A DNA stretch of 64,000 bases from an uncultured Coriobacteriia bacterium. Lineage in GTDB: Bacteria; Actinomycetota; Coriobacteriia; Coriobacteriales; QAMH01. The translations under genes were made by a program, and so were the position numbers. This document shows positions 43,979 to 52,553 of this stretch, in pieces. The notes beneath the pieces were generated by a model. It had not been told where the DNA came from, made no database searches, and was given only the letters and a program-made list of their open reading frames with translations. The DNA is taken from contig CAOKAE010000004.1 of the NCBI GenBank assembly GCA_948466335.1, forward strand, positions 1,342 to 65,341. The letters are read 5' to 3'. Each line of letters opens with the position of its first letter. The first letter of the stretch is position 1.

Positions 43979-46588
43979 ATGGCCCAGACACAGCATGCAG
44001 GCGAGAATGCCCTGTGCAGCGTCGGCAAGACGATCTTCCACGAGCCCGCCGCCATCGAAGTGCGTGGCGCGCGCGTCCACAACCTGAAGGACATCGACGT
44101 CGACATTCCGTTGCACCAGATGGTCGGCATTGCAGGCGTATCCGGCTCCGGCAAGAGCTCGCTGGCGCTGGGCGTGCTCTATGCCGAGGGAAGCCGGCGC
44201 TACCTGGAAGCGCTCTCGACATACACGAGGCGCCGCATCAGCCAGACGACACGCGCGCAGGTTGACGAGGTGCTGCACGTTCCCGCCGCCATCGCCTTGC
44301 GCCAACGCCCGGCCACGCCCGGCGTGCACTCAACCTTCGGCACCTCCACCGAGCTGCTGAACTACCTGCGGCTCATGTTCTCGCGCCTCGGCAGTCATCA
44401 ATGCCCCAATGGCCATCACGTGCCACCGAGCCTCAACGTCGCGGCGGAAAAGCCGTTGGAATGTCCGGTCTGTCACGAGAAGTTCTACGGCCCCAGTGCC
44501 GAGGACCTTGCCTTCAATAGCGGCGGTGCCTGCCCCACCTGCGGCGGCACAGGCGTCGTGCGCGAAATCGACGAGTCGACGCTCATCTCGGACGATTCGC
44601 TCACGCTCGAGGAGGGAGCGGTCGCGCCCTGGCGCCAGCTCATGTGGTCACTCATGCCGCAGGTCGCAAAGGAGATGGGCGTACGCATCGACGTGCCCTA
44701 TCGCGACCTCACCGAGCACGAGAAGGAAATCGTGCTGCACGGCCCCATGGAAAAGAAACACATCCTCTACGTCCCCAAGAACAAGAGCCATGCCACCGAG
44801 CTCGACTTCACCTTCTACAGCGCCGAGAACACGGTGAAAAACGCGCTTTCCAAGGTAAAGGACGAGAAGGGCCTGGCCCGCGTGGCTCGCTTCCTCAAAC
44901 AAGGCGTCTGCCCAGACTGTCACGGCACGCGCCTGTCCGAAAAGGCGCGCTCAAGCCTGCTGGACGGAAAGAACCTCGCGGATGCCACCGCCCAGACCCT
45001 CGACGAGCTTGCCGCGTGGGTCCCCACGGTGCCGGCCGCGCTGCCAGAGGAGATGCGCCCCATGACCGAGGCGATCACCGCCGAGATGCGCGAGCCGATG
45101 CAGCGCCTGCAGCAGCTTGGCCTTGGCTACCTGAGCCTCGACCGCGCTGGCTCCACGCTCTCCAACGGCGAACTGCAGCGCGTCCAACTCGCACGCGCCG
45201 TGCGCACACGCACGACCGGCGTGCTCTACGTACTCGACGAGCCCTCCATCGGCCTGCATCCCTCCAACGTCGAGGGACTGCTCGGCGTCATCGACGACCT
45301 CATGGACGACGGCAACTCGGTGGTCGTGGTCGACCACGACCTGCGCGTGCTCAGGGCGGCCAGCCACATCGTCGAGATTGGCCCTGGCTCTGGCTCGCAT
45401 GGCGGCCGCGTTATCGCGCAGGGCAGCGTCGAGGAGGTCGAGGACAACCCGGCATCGCGCATCGGCCCCTACCTTTCCGGAGCACGAAGCGTACATGTGC
45501 GCGAACGTGCATACGATGAGGACATGTTCGCCAAGGGTGCCATAGAGCTGGAAACCGGCCCGCTGCATACCGTGAAGTCGCTGAGCGTCAAATTGCCCAT
45601 CGGTCGCATGACTGCCATCACCGGCGTATCGGGGTCAGGCAAGACAACGCTCATCCTCGAGAGCCTCATCCCCGCACTGCAAGCGGTACTCGACGATAGC
45701 AAGCTACCCGCGCACGTGCGCTCAATCGGTGCGGATGGCATCAAGCGCGTGCATCTCATCGACGCGACGCCCATTGGCGCAAACGTTCGCTCGACCGTCG
45801 CCACCTACTCCGGCATCATGGACGACTTGCGCCGCGCCTTCGCCGCATCGCCCGCGGCCAAGGAGCACGGTCTCAAAGCGGGCGACTTCTCATACAACAC
45901 TGGCAAGCTGCGCTGTCCCACCTGCGATGGCACGGGGCAGATATCGCTCGATGTGCAGTTCCTGCCCGACGTCGACATCCCCTGCCCCGATTGCCACGGC
46001 TCGCGCTACGGCGAAGAGGCGTACTCAGTGTGCTTGGCGCTTCGCGACGCAGATGGTTGCCTCAATGGCACACATGAGAGAACGGGTGCAGCAACGGATG
46101 CGACAGACGAGTTCGCCCTTCCCGACATCCTTGCCCTCACCGTTGACGAACTGCTTTGCATGGCGACCGAAGCCGTCAAGAAGGCCAAGACCAAGCTCCA
46201 GACGCTCTCGGATTTGGGCCTCGGGTACCTCACGCTCGGTGAGGCCACGCCCGCGCTATCGGGTGGCGAAGCACAGCGCCTCAAACTTGCCGGCGAGATG
46301 CACAAGAAGCAGGAAGATGCGCTCTTCGTGTTCGACGAGCCCACCATCGGACTACACCCGGCAGATGTCGAGGTGCTTCTTGCCGTCTTGCAGCGGCTCG
46401 TCGACAAGGGCGCGACCGTCGTCGTCATCGAGCACGACCTTGACCTCATCTCGAACTCGGATTACGTGATCGACATGGGCCCGGGCGGAGGCGAGGCTGG
46501 CGGCAAGATCGTGGCTGCCGGTACGCCCGAAGATATCATCGCATGTACGAACAGCGTCACGGGAAAGTATCTGAAGCCGCTGGTCTAG
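43979..46588 (+). CDS. Class II UvrA-like ABC ATPase (DrrC-like)
   Basis: ARVHNLKDIDV, GVSGSGKSSL, LSNGELQRVQL, GGEAQRLKLA and Zn-finger Cys pairs; 869 aa, shorter than canonical UvrA. Confidence 0.9.
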   Translation: MAQTQHAGENALCSVGKTIFHEPAAIEVRGARVHNLKDIDVDIPLHQMVGIAGVSGSGKSSLALGVLYAEGSRRYLEALSTYTRRRISQTTRAQVDEVLHVPAAIALRQRPATPGVHSTFGTSTELLNYLRLMFSRLGSHQCPNGHHVPPSLNVAAEKPLECPVCHEKFYGPSAEDLAFNSGGACPTCGGTGVVREIDESTLISDDSLTLEEGAVAPWRQLMWSLMPQVAKEMGVRIDVPYRDLTEHEKEIVLHGPMEKKHILYVPKNKSHATELDFTFYSAENTVKNALSKVKDEKGLARVARFLKQGVCPDCHGTRLSEKARSSLLDGKNLADATAQTLDELAAWVPTVPAALPEEMRPMTEAITAEMREPMQRLQQLGLGYLSLDRAGSTLSNGELQRVQLARAVRTRTTGVLYVLDEPSIGLHPSNVEGLLGVIDDLMDDGNSVVVVDHDLRVLRAASHIVEIGPGSGSHGGRVIAQGSVEEVEDNPASRIGPYLSGARSVHVRERAYDEDMFAKGAIELETGPLHTVKSLSVKLPIGRMTAITGVSGSGKTTLILESLIPALQAVLDDSKLPAHVRSIGADGIKRVHLIDATPIGANVRSTVATYSGIMDDLRRAFAASPAAKEHGLKAGDFSYNTGKLRCPTCDGTGQISLDVQFLPDVDIPCPDCHGSRYGEEAYSVCLALRDADGCLNGTHERTGAATDATDEFALPDILALTVDELLCMATEAVKKAKTKLQTLSDLGLGYLTLGEATPALSGGEAQRLKLAGEMHKKQEDALFVFDEPTIGLHPADVEVLLAVLQRLVDKGATVVVIEHDLDLISNSDYVIDMGPGGGEAGGKIVAAGTPEDIIACTNSVTGKYLKPLV

Positions 46589-47385
46589 GCGAGCAGTCTC
46601 TCGTACACCTTCTCGTCGCGTTCGCTGAAGACGTTGAAGATGACGCGCTTCACCGGCGTGTCGGGATGGGCATCGAGCCATTCCTCGACCGTGCGCACGG
46701 CGATGGGCGCTGCCTGCTCCTGCGGGAAGCCGAACACGCCCGTGCTTATGCAGCAAAAGGCGATGGACTCGCAGCCAAGCTCGTCGGCGGCATCCAGGCA
46801 TGCGGTGTAGCAATTTGCCAGCAGCGCACGGTCAAGATCACTCGGCGCGCCCTGGGCGATGGGGCCCACCGTGTGGATGATGTAGCGGCTCGGCAGGTTG
46901 AAGGCATCCGTCACCTTCGCCATGCCCGTGGGCTCGGCGTAGCCTTGCTCGTCCATGAGACGCGCACACTCGATGCGCAGCTGCACGCCGGCAAAGGTGT
47001 GGATGGCGTTGTCGATGCAGAAGTGCCCCGGCACGAAGCAGCCGAGCATTTGAGAATTCGCAGCGTTCACGATGGCGTCGACGGCCAGAGTGGTGATGTC
47101 GCCGCGCCACAAGGCGATACGGCTGTCACACGGGCAGGGTTCGATGTCCTCGGGCCTCGTGATGCCCCGATGCGCGATGATGTCGCGTAGGAGCTCGTCT
47201 TGCAGGGCGAGGAATTCGTCGCTTGCAGGCAGCGGTGGCCGCGTGTTCACGAGCGCGCGAAAGACGTCCCACTGGGCCTTGGGGTCGTCCGGTGTCGAAA
47301 CCGCAATGTCCTGCTCCCTGCGCTCGGCGCGAAGCAGCTCCACCAGCTGCGGCAGGCTCGTATGCACGGATGCCGGGATGTTCAT
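46585..47385 (-). CDS. Zn-macrodomain protein-ADP-ribose hydrolase
   Basis: FRALVNTR, WRGDITTLAVDAIVNAANSQMLGCFVPGHFCIDNAIH, FCCISTGVFGFP. Confidence 0.93.
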   Translation of the reverse strand: MNIPASVHTSLPQLVELLRAERREQDIAVSTPDDPKAQWDVFRALVNTRPPLPASDEFLALQDELLRDIIAHRGITRPEDIEPCPCDSRIALWRGDITTLAVDAIVNAANSQMLGCFVPGHFCIDNAIHTFAGVQLRIECARLMDEQGYAEPTGMAKVTDAFNLPSRYIIHTVGPIAQGAPSDLDRALLANCYTACLDAADELGCESIAFCCISTGVFGFPQEQAAPIAVRTVEEWLDAHPDTPVKRVIFNVFSERDEKVYERLLA

Positions 47386-47402
47386 TTCTTACGCCTGTGG
47401 CC

Positions 47403-48383
47403 CTATTGTTCTGCCAGCGCTTCGGCGTTCACGCAGCTCTCGGGCTTCTTGCCAAGCACGACATTGATGGCGTTTTGCGTGCAGCGCTTGCGCAGCTCGA
47501 TGGCCGCTTCTTCGGACCAATAGGCTGCATGGGGCGTAAGTACCGTATGCGGTGCCTTGCAAATGGGCGCATCAAGCGAAACGGGCTCCTCCTCGAACAC
47601 GTCGATACCGGCACCCCAGAGCTTGCCGGCGACAAGCGCATCGGCAAGCGCATCGGTGTCGACCACGGCACCACGCGAGGTGTTGATGACGACGGCGCCC
47701 GGCTTCATCGTCGCGATGCGTTTGGCATCGAGTAGATGGTGCGTCTCGGGCGTGAGCGCCGTGTGGAAGCTCACGACATCGGCCTGCGCCAGCAAGTCCT
47801 TCAGGCTCACGTACGGGAAGTCCTCCGGCGTGAAGCGCCCGGGCACGCCCTTGCGATCCCATACCATGACGTCGAAGCCAAGGCCGCGTGCCTTGCGCGC
47901 CGCAGCGCGCCCGATGTGACCGTAGCCCACAATGCCGAAGCTGCGCCCCCGCGCCTGCCCGAGCGGGCGGCGGCGCTGGAAGTCCCATACGCCAGCACGC
48001 ATGTCGGCATCCATCTCGTTGATGCGGCGCAGCACGGCCATCGCAAGCGCGATGGCATGATCGGAGACGACCTCGGTACCGTAGCCGGGGACGTTGCAAA
48101 CCATCGTGCCATTCTTGGTAGCAGCGGCCACGTCGATGTTGTCGACACCGGTGCCGGTCTTGCTCACCACCTTGAGCTTCGGCAGTGCCTCGAACACATC
48201 CGCTGTATAGCTACCGTACGAGGTGATGGCGCCATCGGCATCTTGCAGGTGCTCGATGAGGCGCTTGGGGGCACGATCTTCCTCGTTACCGAACGCGGCA
48301 AACTCGATGCCAGCAGCCTCGACCATCTGCTTCTCGATTGCGGTATCCCCCAGGTCGGTATCCGACACGACGATCTTTGGCAT
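47403..48383 (-). CDS. D-2-hydroxyacid dehydrogenase (CtBP-like)
   Basis: GTGVDNID, GIVGYGHIG, INTSRGAVVD, TPHAAYWSE. Confidence 0.93.
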   Translation of the reverse strand: MPKIVVSDTDLGDTAIEKQMVEAAGIEFAAFGNEEDRAPKRLIEHLQDADGAITSYGSYTADVFEALPKLKVVSKTGTGVDNIDVAAATKNGTMVCNVPGYGTEVVSDHAIALAMAVLRRINEMDADMRAGVWDFQRRRPLGQARGRSFGIVGYGHIGRAAARKARGLGFDVMVWDRKGVPGRFTPEDFPYVSLKDLLAQADVVSFHTALTPETHHLLDAKRIATMKPGAVVINTSRGAVVDTDALADALVAGKLWGAGIDVFEEEPVSLDAPICKAPHTVLTPHAAYWSEEAAIELRKRCTQNAINVVLGKKPESCVNAEALAEQ

Positions 48384-48486
48384 AAGATTTCCTCCGCGAG
48401 TATTAGGCAGCTTGCACCCTCTCGGGTCGATATTCTACGCTTTTCTCATTCGGCGCTTGCACCGCCAGCATACAACTGACGAGCTC

Positions 48487-49764
48487 TTACGGCGCCAGAC
48501 AAGTGACGGGGAAGACGAAGACACCGTTTTCTGTTCTGTACTTGAAATCAGTCTTTCCGACCAAAACCGCTAGAAAGCTCGGCTCTGGATTGCGCGCTGC
48601 CGGATTTGCAGCGACCTTCTTCACCAAGCGCAAGAGATTAGACTCTGCTTTCTCCACCTTGTTCGCTCCGAGTTTAACTTCAAGTGCGCCCCAACGCCCA
48701 TCATCGAGCTCAATTACGGCATCTACCTCGAGCCCGTCGGAATCACGGTAATAACGCACAGGGTCGCGCCCCGCTTCAGGAATCGACCGTGCGTAAACAT
48801 TCAGATCCCTCATGCAGAGCTCCTCGAAGAGTTGCCCGAATACTTGCAAATTGCCCATGAGGCGCTCGGGGATCATGCCAAGCAATGAGGCGGCAAGGGA
48901 GGAATCTGCGAACAGATACTTGGGCTTGGTTCGCAAGCGACTTGGCGACTTGATTGGCGCATCCCAGCCATTCGTAGGCGAGACGACATAATGGCGCTTC
49001 AGATATTCGATTCCCGAAGTCATGGCATCGAGCTGCCCCTTGCTGGGCTCTTCCGTCTGAAATGTATCCTTTGCGAGCGTTTCTCTAGTCACTGCCGACC
49101 CCACGTTACGGGCAAGCGACCCGAGAAGGGCGCGGAGCTCGGCAGGGGAAACGGGTGCCTTGCCCTCCGATGCTTCGACAAAAGAGTCAATGTAATTGCG
49201 CGCAATGAGCCTTGAAGCGCGTACGTCAGCGTTGTATGCCGCGGGCCAGCCTCCGCGACATATCGTCTCTGCCAAACTCGCAAGGTCAGTTTCGACAGCG
49301 CCGGCATGGAATTGTCCATCGAAGAGTGATTTGAGAGAAACGCTTCCATCAGATACTCCCGTCTCGCACAGAGTCATAGGCCACATGCGCAGGCGCCCTA
49401 TGCGCCCCGCTCCACTATGGCGGGTCTTGTCTCGTGCTGGCGATGAAGAGCCCGTGAGCAGATATTGGCCGCATGCGTTGCCTGAGTTATCCACGCTCTG
49501 GCGCACGACGTCCCATATCTCGGGGACCTCTTGCCACTCATCGATGACGCGAGGTTTGGCACCATCCAATACGGCAGACGGATCAATTTGCGCAAGCTCA
49601 CGCGACTGGCCCTCAACGAAGCTGACCTCACTTGCGGCGTGCTCTTCTGATGTCCATGTCTTTCCCGACCACATTGTTCCTGATACCTCTACAGCACCAA
49701 AGGCTGTCAGATATTCCTCAACTTGCATGTCAACGATGCGTGGAATGTATCCGGGTTTGTGCAT
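48487..49764 (-). CDS. AAA_14-type ATPase with DUF4143 C-terminal nuclease-like domain (paralog 1)
   Basis: GTMWSGKT Walker A, IDEWQ Walker B, LLTGSS, RHSGAGR, RGGWP, FEELC, YYRDSDGLEVD..ALEVK. Confidence 0.9.
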   Translation of the reverse strand: MHKPGYIPRIVDMQVEEYLTAFGAVEVSGTMWSGKTWTSEEHAASEVSFVEGQSRELAQIDPSAVLDGAKPRVIDEWQEVPEIWDVVRQSVDNSGNACGQYLLTGSSSPARDKTRHSGAGRIGRLRMWPMTLCETGVSDGSVSLKSLFDGQFHAGAVETDLASLAETICRGGWPAAYNADVRASRLIARNYIDSFVEASEGKAPVSPAELRALLGSLARNVGSAVTRETLAKDTFQTEEPSKGQLDAMTSGIEYLKRHYVVSPTNGWDAPIKSPSRLRTKPKYLFADSSLAASLLGMIPERLMGNLQVFGQLFEELCMRDLNVYARSIPEAGRDPVRYYRDSDGLEVDAVIELDDGRWGALEVKLGANKVEKAESNLLRLVKKVAANPAARNPEPSFLAVLVGKTDFKYRTENGVFVFPVTCLAP

Positions 49765-49802
49765 AAATCTCCAATGCATAATGGGGCTCTTGCAGGGAAT
49801 TT

Positions 49803-49887
49803 TACAAGATACCGGATTAAAAGAGTACAAAATATTGGATTATATTCGTATAAAATATTGAATCTCTAGCTTACGAAATATTGAATT
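49803..49887 (+). repeat. Four 16-bp direct repeats at 23-bp period
   Basis: TACAAGATACCGGATT (49803), TACAAAATATTGGATT (49826), TATAAAATATTGAATC (49849), TACGAAATATTGAATT (49872). Confidence 0.85.
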
Positions 49888-49943
49888 TTGTGGAACGAAT
49901 CGATTGCCCTCCGAATCGCCCTCATGGACACGTGTTTCCTGCT

Positions 49944-51239
49944 TTAAGCACCCAGGCAATTGATAGGTATGACAAGCACTCCATCATCGCGCTTGTATGC
50001 CAAATCTCCCGCACCGACAATTACGGCTAGAAAAGCTGGGGCTTCATTTTGAGCCGCTGGGTTGGCAAGAATCTTATCTCTTGCTCTCAACAGGTTACGT
50101 GCCGCTTCGTCGACCTTCGTATTACTCAGTTTTATCTCGACTCCGGCCCATGAACCTGCATGCTCGATAACCGCATCCATTTCCAGCCCTTTGTCATCAT
50201 GGTAGTAGTGAATCGCATTGCCAACACCACCAAATGTCGATAGGTAGATTCGCAAATCGCGGATAACAAGATTCTCAAAAAGCACGCCAAGAGTCTGCAT
50301 GTCACGAATGAGCTTACTGGGCGTCGCAGAGAGAAGGGCGGCTGCAAGAGACGGGTCAACAAACATGCGCTTTGGCTTGACGCGCACGCGCGCCTTAGCT
50401 CGCATTGGCGGTTCCCAGCCTGTCAGCTCCTCAATGAGGTACATTCGCTTGAACAAGTCGATGTAGGAAGCGATGGTGTCATCGTCGATGTCTCTTTCAT
50501 CAAAGCCTGCGTCCTTGCGTATTGTCCGATACGTTGCAGCCTGACTTTCGTTGAAAGCCAAAGCTCGCAAAAGAGAAAGGGCGAGCTCAGATGATTTGCC
50601 TTCATCATCGATATTGGTGCGCAACACGGAGTCGACATACGCAGCACTCGTCTCATACGCGATCTCATCTTCGAGGCCTATATTTGCAGGCCAGCCCCCT
50701 CGACAACACCAACGAGCAATATCCTGCACGTCTGATTCATGACGAACGGGCGCGATATCCCCGGTTTCGAACAACTCACGCAAGCTCACGGATGCCGTGG
50801 AATCACCACTTTCGGCAAGGGACATAGGGCGCATGACAAGCCGCGCTATTCGCCCCGTACCCGAATGCCTGATCTTCTCGCGAGCTCTCTTGCTTAAAGC
50901 CGATGAGCCTGTAAGAACAAGAAGTCCCCTCTCGCCGGATGCATCATCGACATGCCTGCGCGCAGCATCCCAGACCTCTGGGACTTCCTGCCATTCGTCT
51001 ACAAGATGAGGTGTCGATCCCACAAGCGCAAGCGATGGCTGCACAAGAGCCGCCTCTCGCTCAGCAGGGAGGTCAAGTTTGGTCACGCTCGTGCAGCGCG
51101 ATAGGCCGGTCCATGTCTTGCCTGACCACTTGGCACCGGCAATTTCAACGCAACCAAAAGCTCGCATAAGAGTATCGAGGCGCCCTTCTATAAGACGCGG
51201 AACGTAGCCCTCTGGGATAAGGGTTGCATCATCGTTCAT
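49944..51239 (-). CDS. AAA_14-type ATPase with DUF4143 C-terminal nuclease-like domain (paralog 2)
   Basis: GAKWSGKT, VDEWQ, LTGSS, RHSGTGR, RGGWP, FENLV, YYHDDKGLEMD..GVEIK. Confidence 0.9.
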   Translation of the reverse strand: MNDDATLIPEGYVPRLIEGRLDTLMRAFGCVEIAGAKWSGKTWTGLSRCTSVTKLDLPAEREAALVQPSLALVGSTPHLVDEWQEVPEVWDAARRHVDDASGERGLLVLTGSSALSKRAREKIRHSGTGRIARLVMRPMSLAESGDSTASVSLRELFETGDIAPVRHESDVQDIARWCCRGGWPANIGLEDEIAYETSAAYVDSVLRTNIDDEGKSSELALSLLRALAFNESQAATYRTIRKDAGFDERDIDDDTIASYIDLFKRMYLIEELTGWEPPMRAKARVRVKPKRMFVDPSLAAALLSATPSKLIRDMQTLGVLFENLVIRDLRIYLSTFGGVGNAIHYYHDDKGLEMDAVIEHAGSWAGVEIKLSNTKVDEAARNLLRARDKILANPAAQNEAPAFLAVIVGAGDLAYKRDDGVLVIPINCLGA

Positions 51240-51269
51240 ATATGCTCCCATCGGCAAGCTTTTTGATGA

Positions 51270-51331
51270 TTCGGTATTTTACACCTTTTGTGTTCGGTAT
51301 TTTACACCATTACCATTCGGTATTTTACACC
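51270..51331 (+). repeat. Three identical 16-bp direct repeats at 23-bp period
   Basis: TTCGGTATTTTACACC at 51270, 51293 and 51316; 7-bp spacers TTTTGTG and ATTACCA. Confidence 0.95.
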
Positions 51332-51410
51332 CTTGTCGCATTCAGGCACGGCCTCAAAATGATGTACGGGAATGTTTGCAGCCTTACCGTGGTGGCGGCC
51401 AACTGCCCCT

Positions 51411-51989
51411 CTACTGAACCTCTGACCACCACGTCACGGGGCTGGGAGGATCCGTGTGCGCCGACAGGATCTTCTCCATCCACACCATGTCGTACCAACG
51501 ATCGAACTTGAAGGCGCACGCGGCAAAGCGGCCTACGCCCGTGAAGCCGCGCTTCCGGTGAAACCGGATACTGGCATCGGTGAGCCTCTCGTCCGCAGGC
51601 TGACAACAGGCAATGCACGCGTAGAGGTTCACGATGCCCATGCGCCGCAACGCGTCCTCCAGGGCATCGTAGAGCAGGGCGCCCGTGCCATGGCCGCGCT
51701 CGTCTTCGGCAAGGTAGATGGAGACCTCTGCCGACCAGTCGTACGCCGCACGCGCCCTGAAAGGTCCCGCATAGGCATAGCCCACGATGGTCCCCGCACG
51801 CCGCGCCACCACGAAGGGGTAGCGCTCCAGCGTCTGCGCAATGCGCTCGCTCATCTGCTCCGGAGACGGCGCGACGGTCTCGAAGGTGACGGCCGTCTTT
51901 TCGACGTAGGGAGCGTATATCTCGCAGAGGCGAGCGCCGTCTTCGGGCGTCGCAGAGGCTATCTCGATGTCGTTCGTGATCTCGCTCAT
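51411..51989 (-). CDS. GNAT N-acetyltransferase (phosphinothricin/methionine sulfoximine acetyltransferase-like)
   Basis: TAVTFE, GYAYAGPFRARAAYDWSAEVSIY, KFDRWYDMVW. Confidence 0.92.
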   Translation of the reverse strand: MSEITNDIEIASATPEDGARLCEIYAPYVEKTAVTFETVAPSPEQMSERIAQTLERYPFVVARRAGTIVGYAYAGPFRARAAYDWSAEVSIYLAEDERGHGTGALLYDALEDALRRMGIVNLYACIACCQPADERLTDASIRFHRKRGFTGVGRFAACAFKFDRWYDMVWMEKILSAHTDPPSPVTWWSEVQ

Positions 51990-52154
51990 CGTTGTTCTCC
52001 TATTTCCAAGAGTGTCACTCAATGCAGCATATTATTCCTTATTAAAAATATACTTTAAAGAGCAAAATAAACGTAATCCGCGTATCGTCAGGTGCTACCA
52101 TGAAAGTTAGCAATAGCAGACGCGTTTCGTGACATTCAAAAGAGGCGATTCACC

Positions 52155-52553
52155 ATGGAAAGCGTATTCGATAGCGATGTGATCATGGAGATAGCGGACG
52201 AGAGCACCTGGGAAGAAAAGGTCGACAACGCGCCTGGTCGCGTCATGGTCGAGTTCTTTGTGACCTGGTGCCCTCACTGCCAGCGCGAGGCCCCGCTGCT
52301 CGACGAGATGGCACCAAAGATCAGGGACCTTGGCGTCGAGGTGTACCACGCCAATGCAGAGGTCATGTGGACCAAGGGCAGCGTCTACGACATCTCCGAG
52401 ACGCCCTCGTTCATCCTCGTGGAAGATGGAGAGCTCATCGCCAAGCACGAGGGTTTTCTCACGAAGGACGAGCTCGTCGCATTTGCGCAGGGCAAGGTCG
52501 ATGACCTCACCCCGAGTTTCGAGCAGTCGTTGAGCAGCGCGCTGCAGCTATAG
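52155..52553 (+). CDS. Thioredoxin family protein
   Basis: WCPHC active site and cis-Pro TPSF loop. Confidence 0.9.
   Translation: MESVFDSDVIMEIADESTWEEKVDNAPGRVMVEFFVTWCPHCQREAPLLDEMAPKIRDLGVEVYHANAEVMWTKGSVYDISETPSFILVEDGELIAKHEGFLTKDELVAFAQGKVDDLTPSFEQSLSSALQL

Noticed and set aside
49803-51331. 23-bp-period arrays as mini-CRISPR or TIGR-type arrays
   Set aside because: The 7-bp spacers and 16-bp repeats are far from CRISPR dimensions and lack the dual-spacer layout; kept as a separate finding instead.
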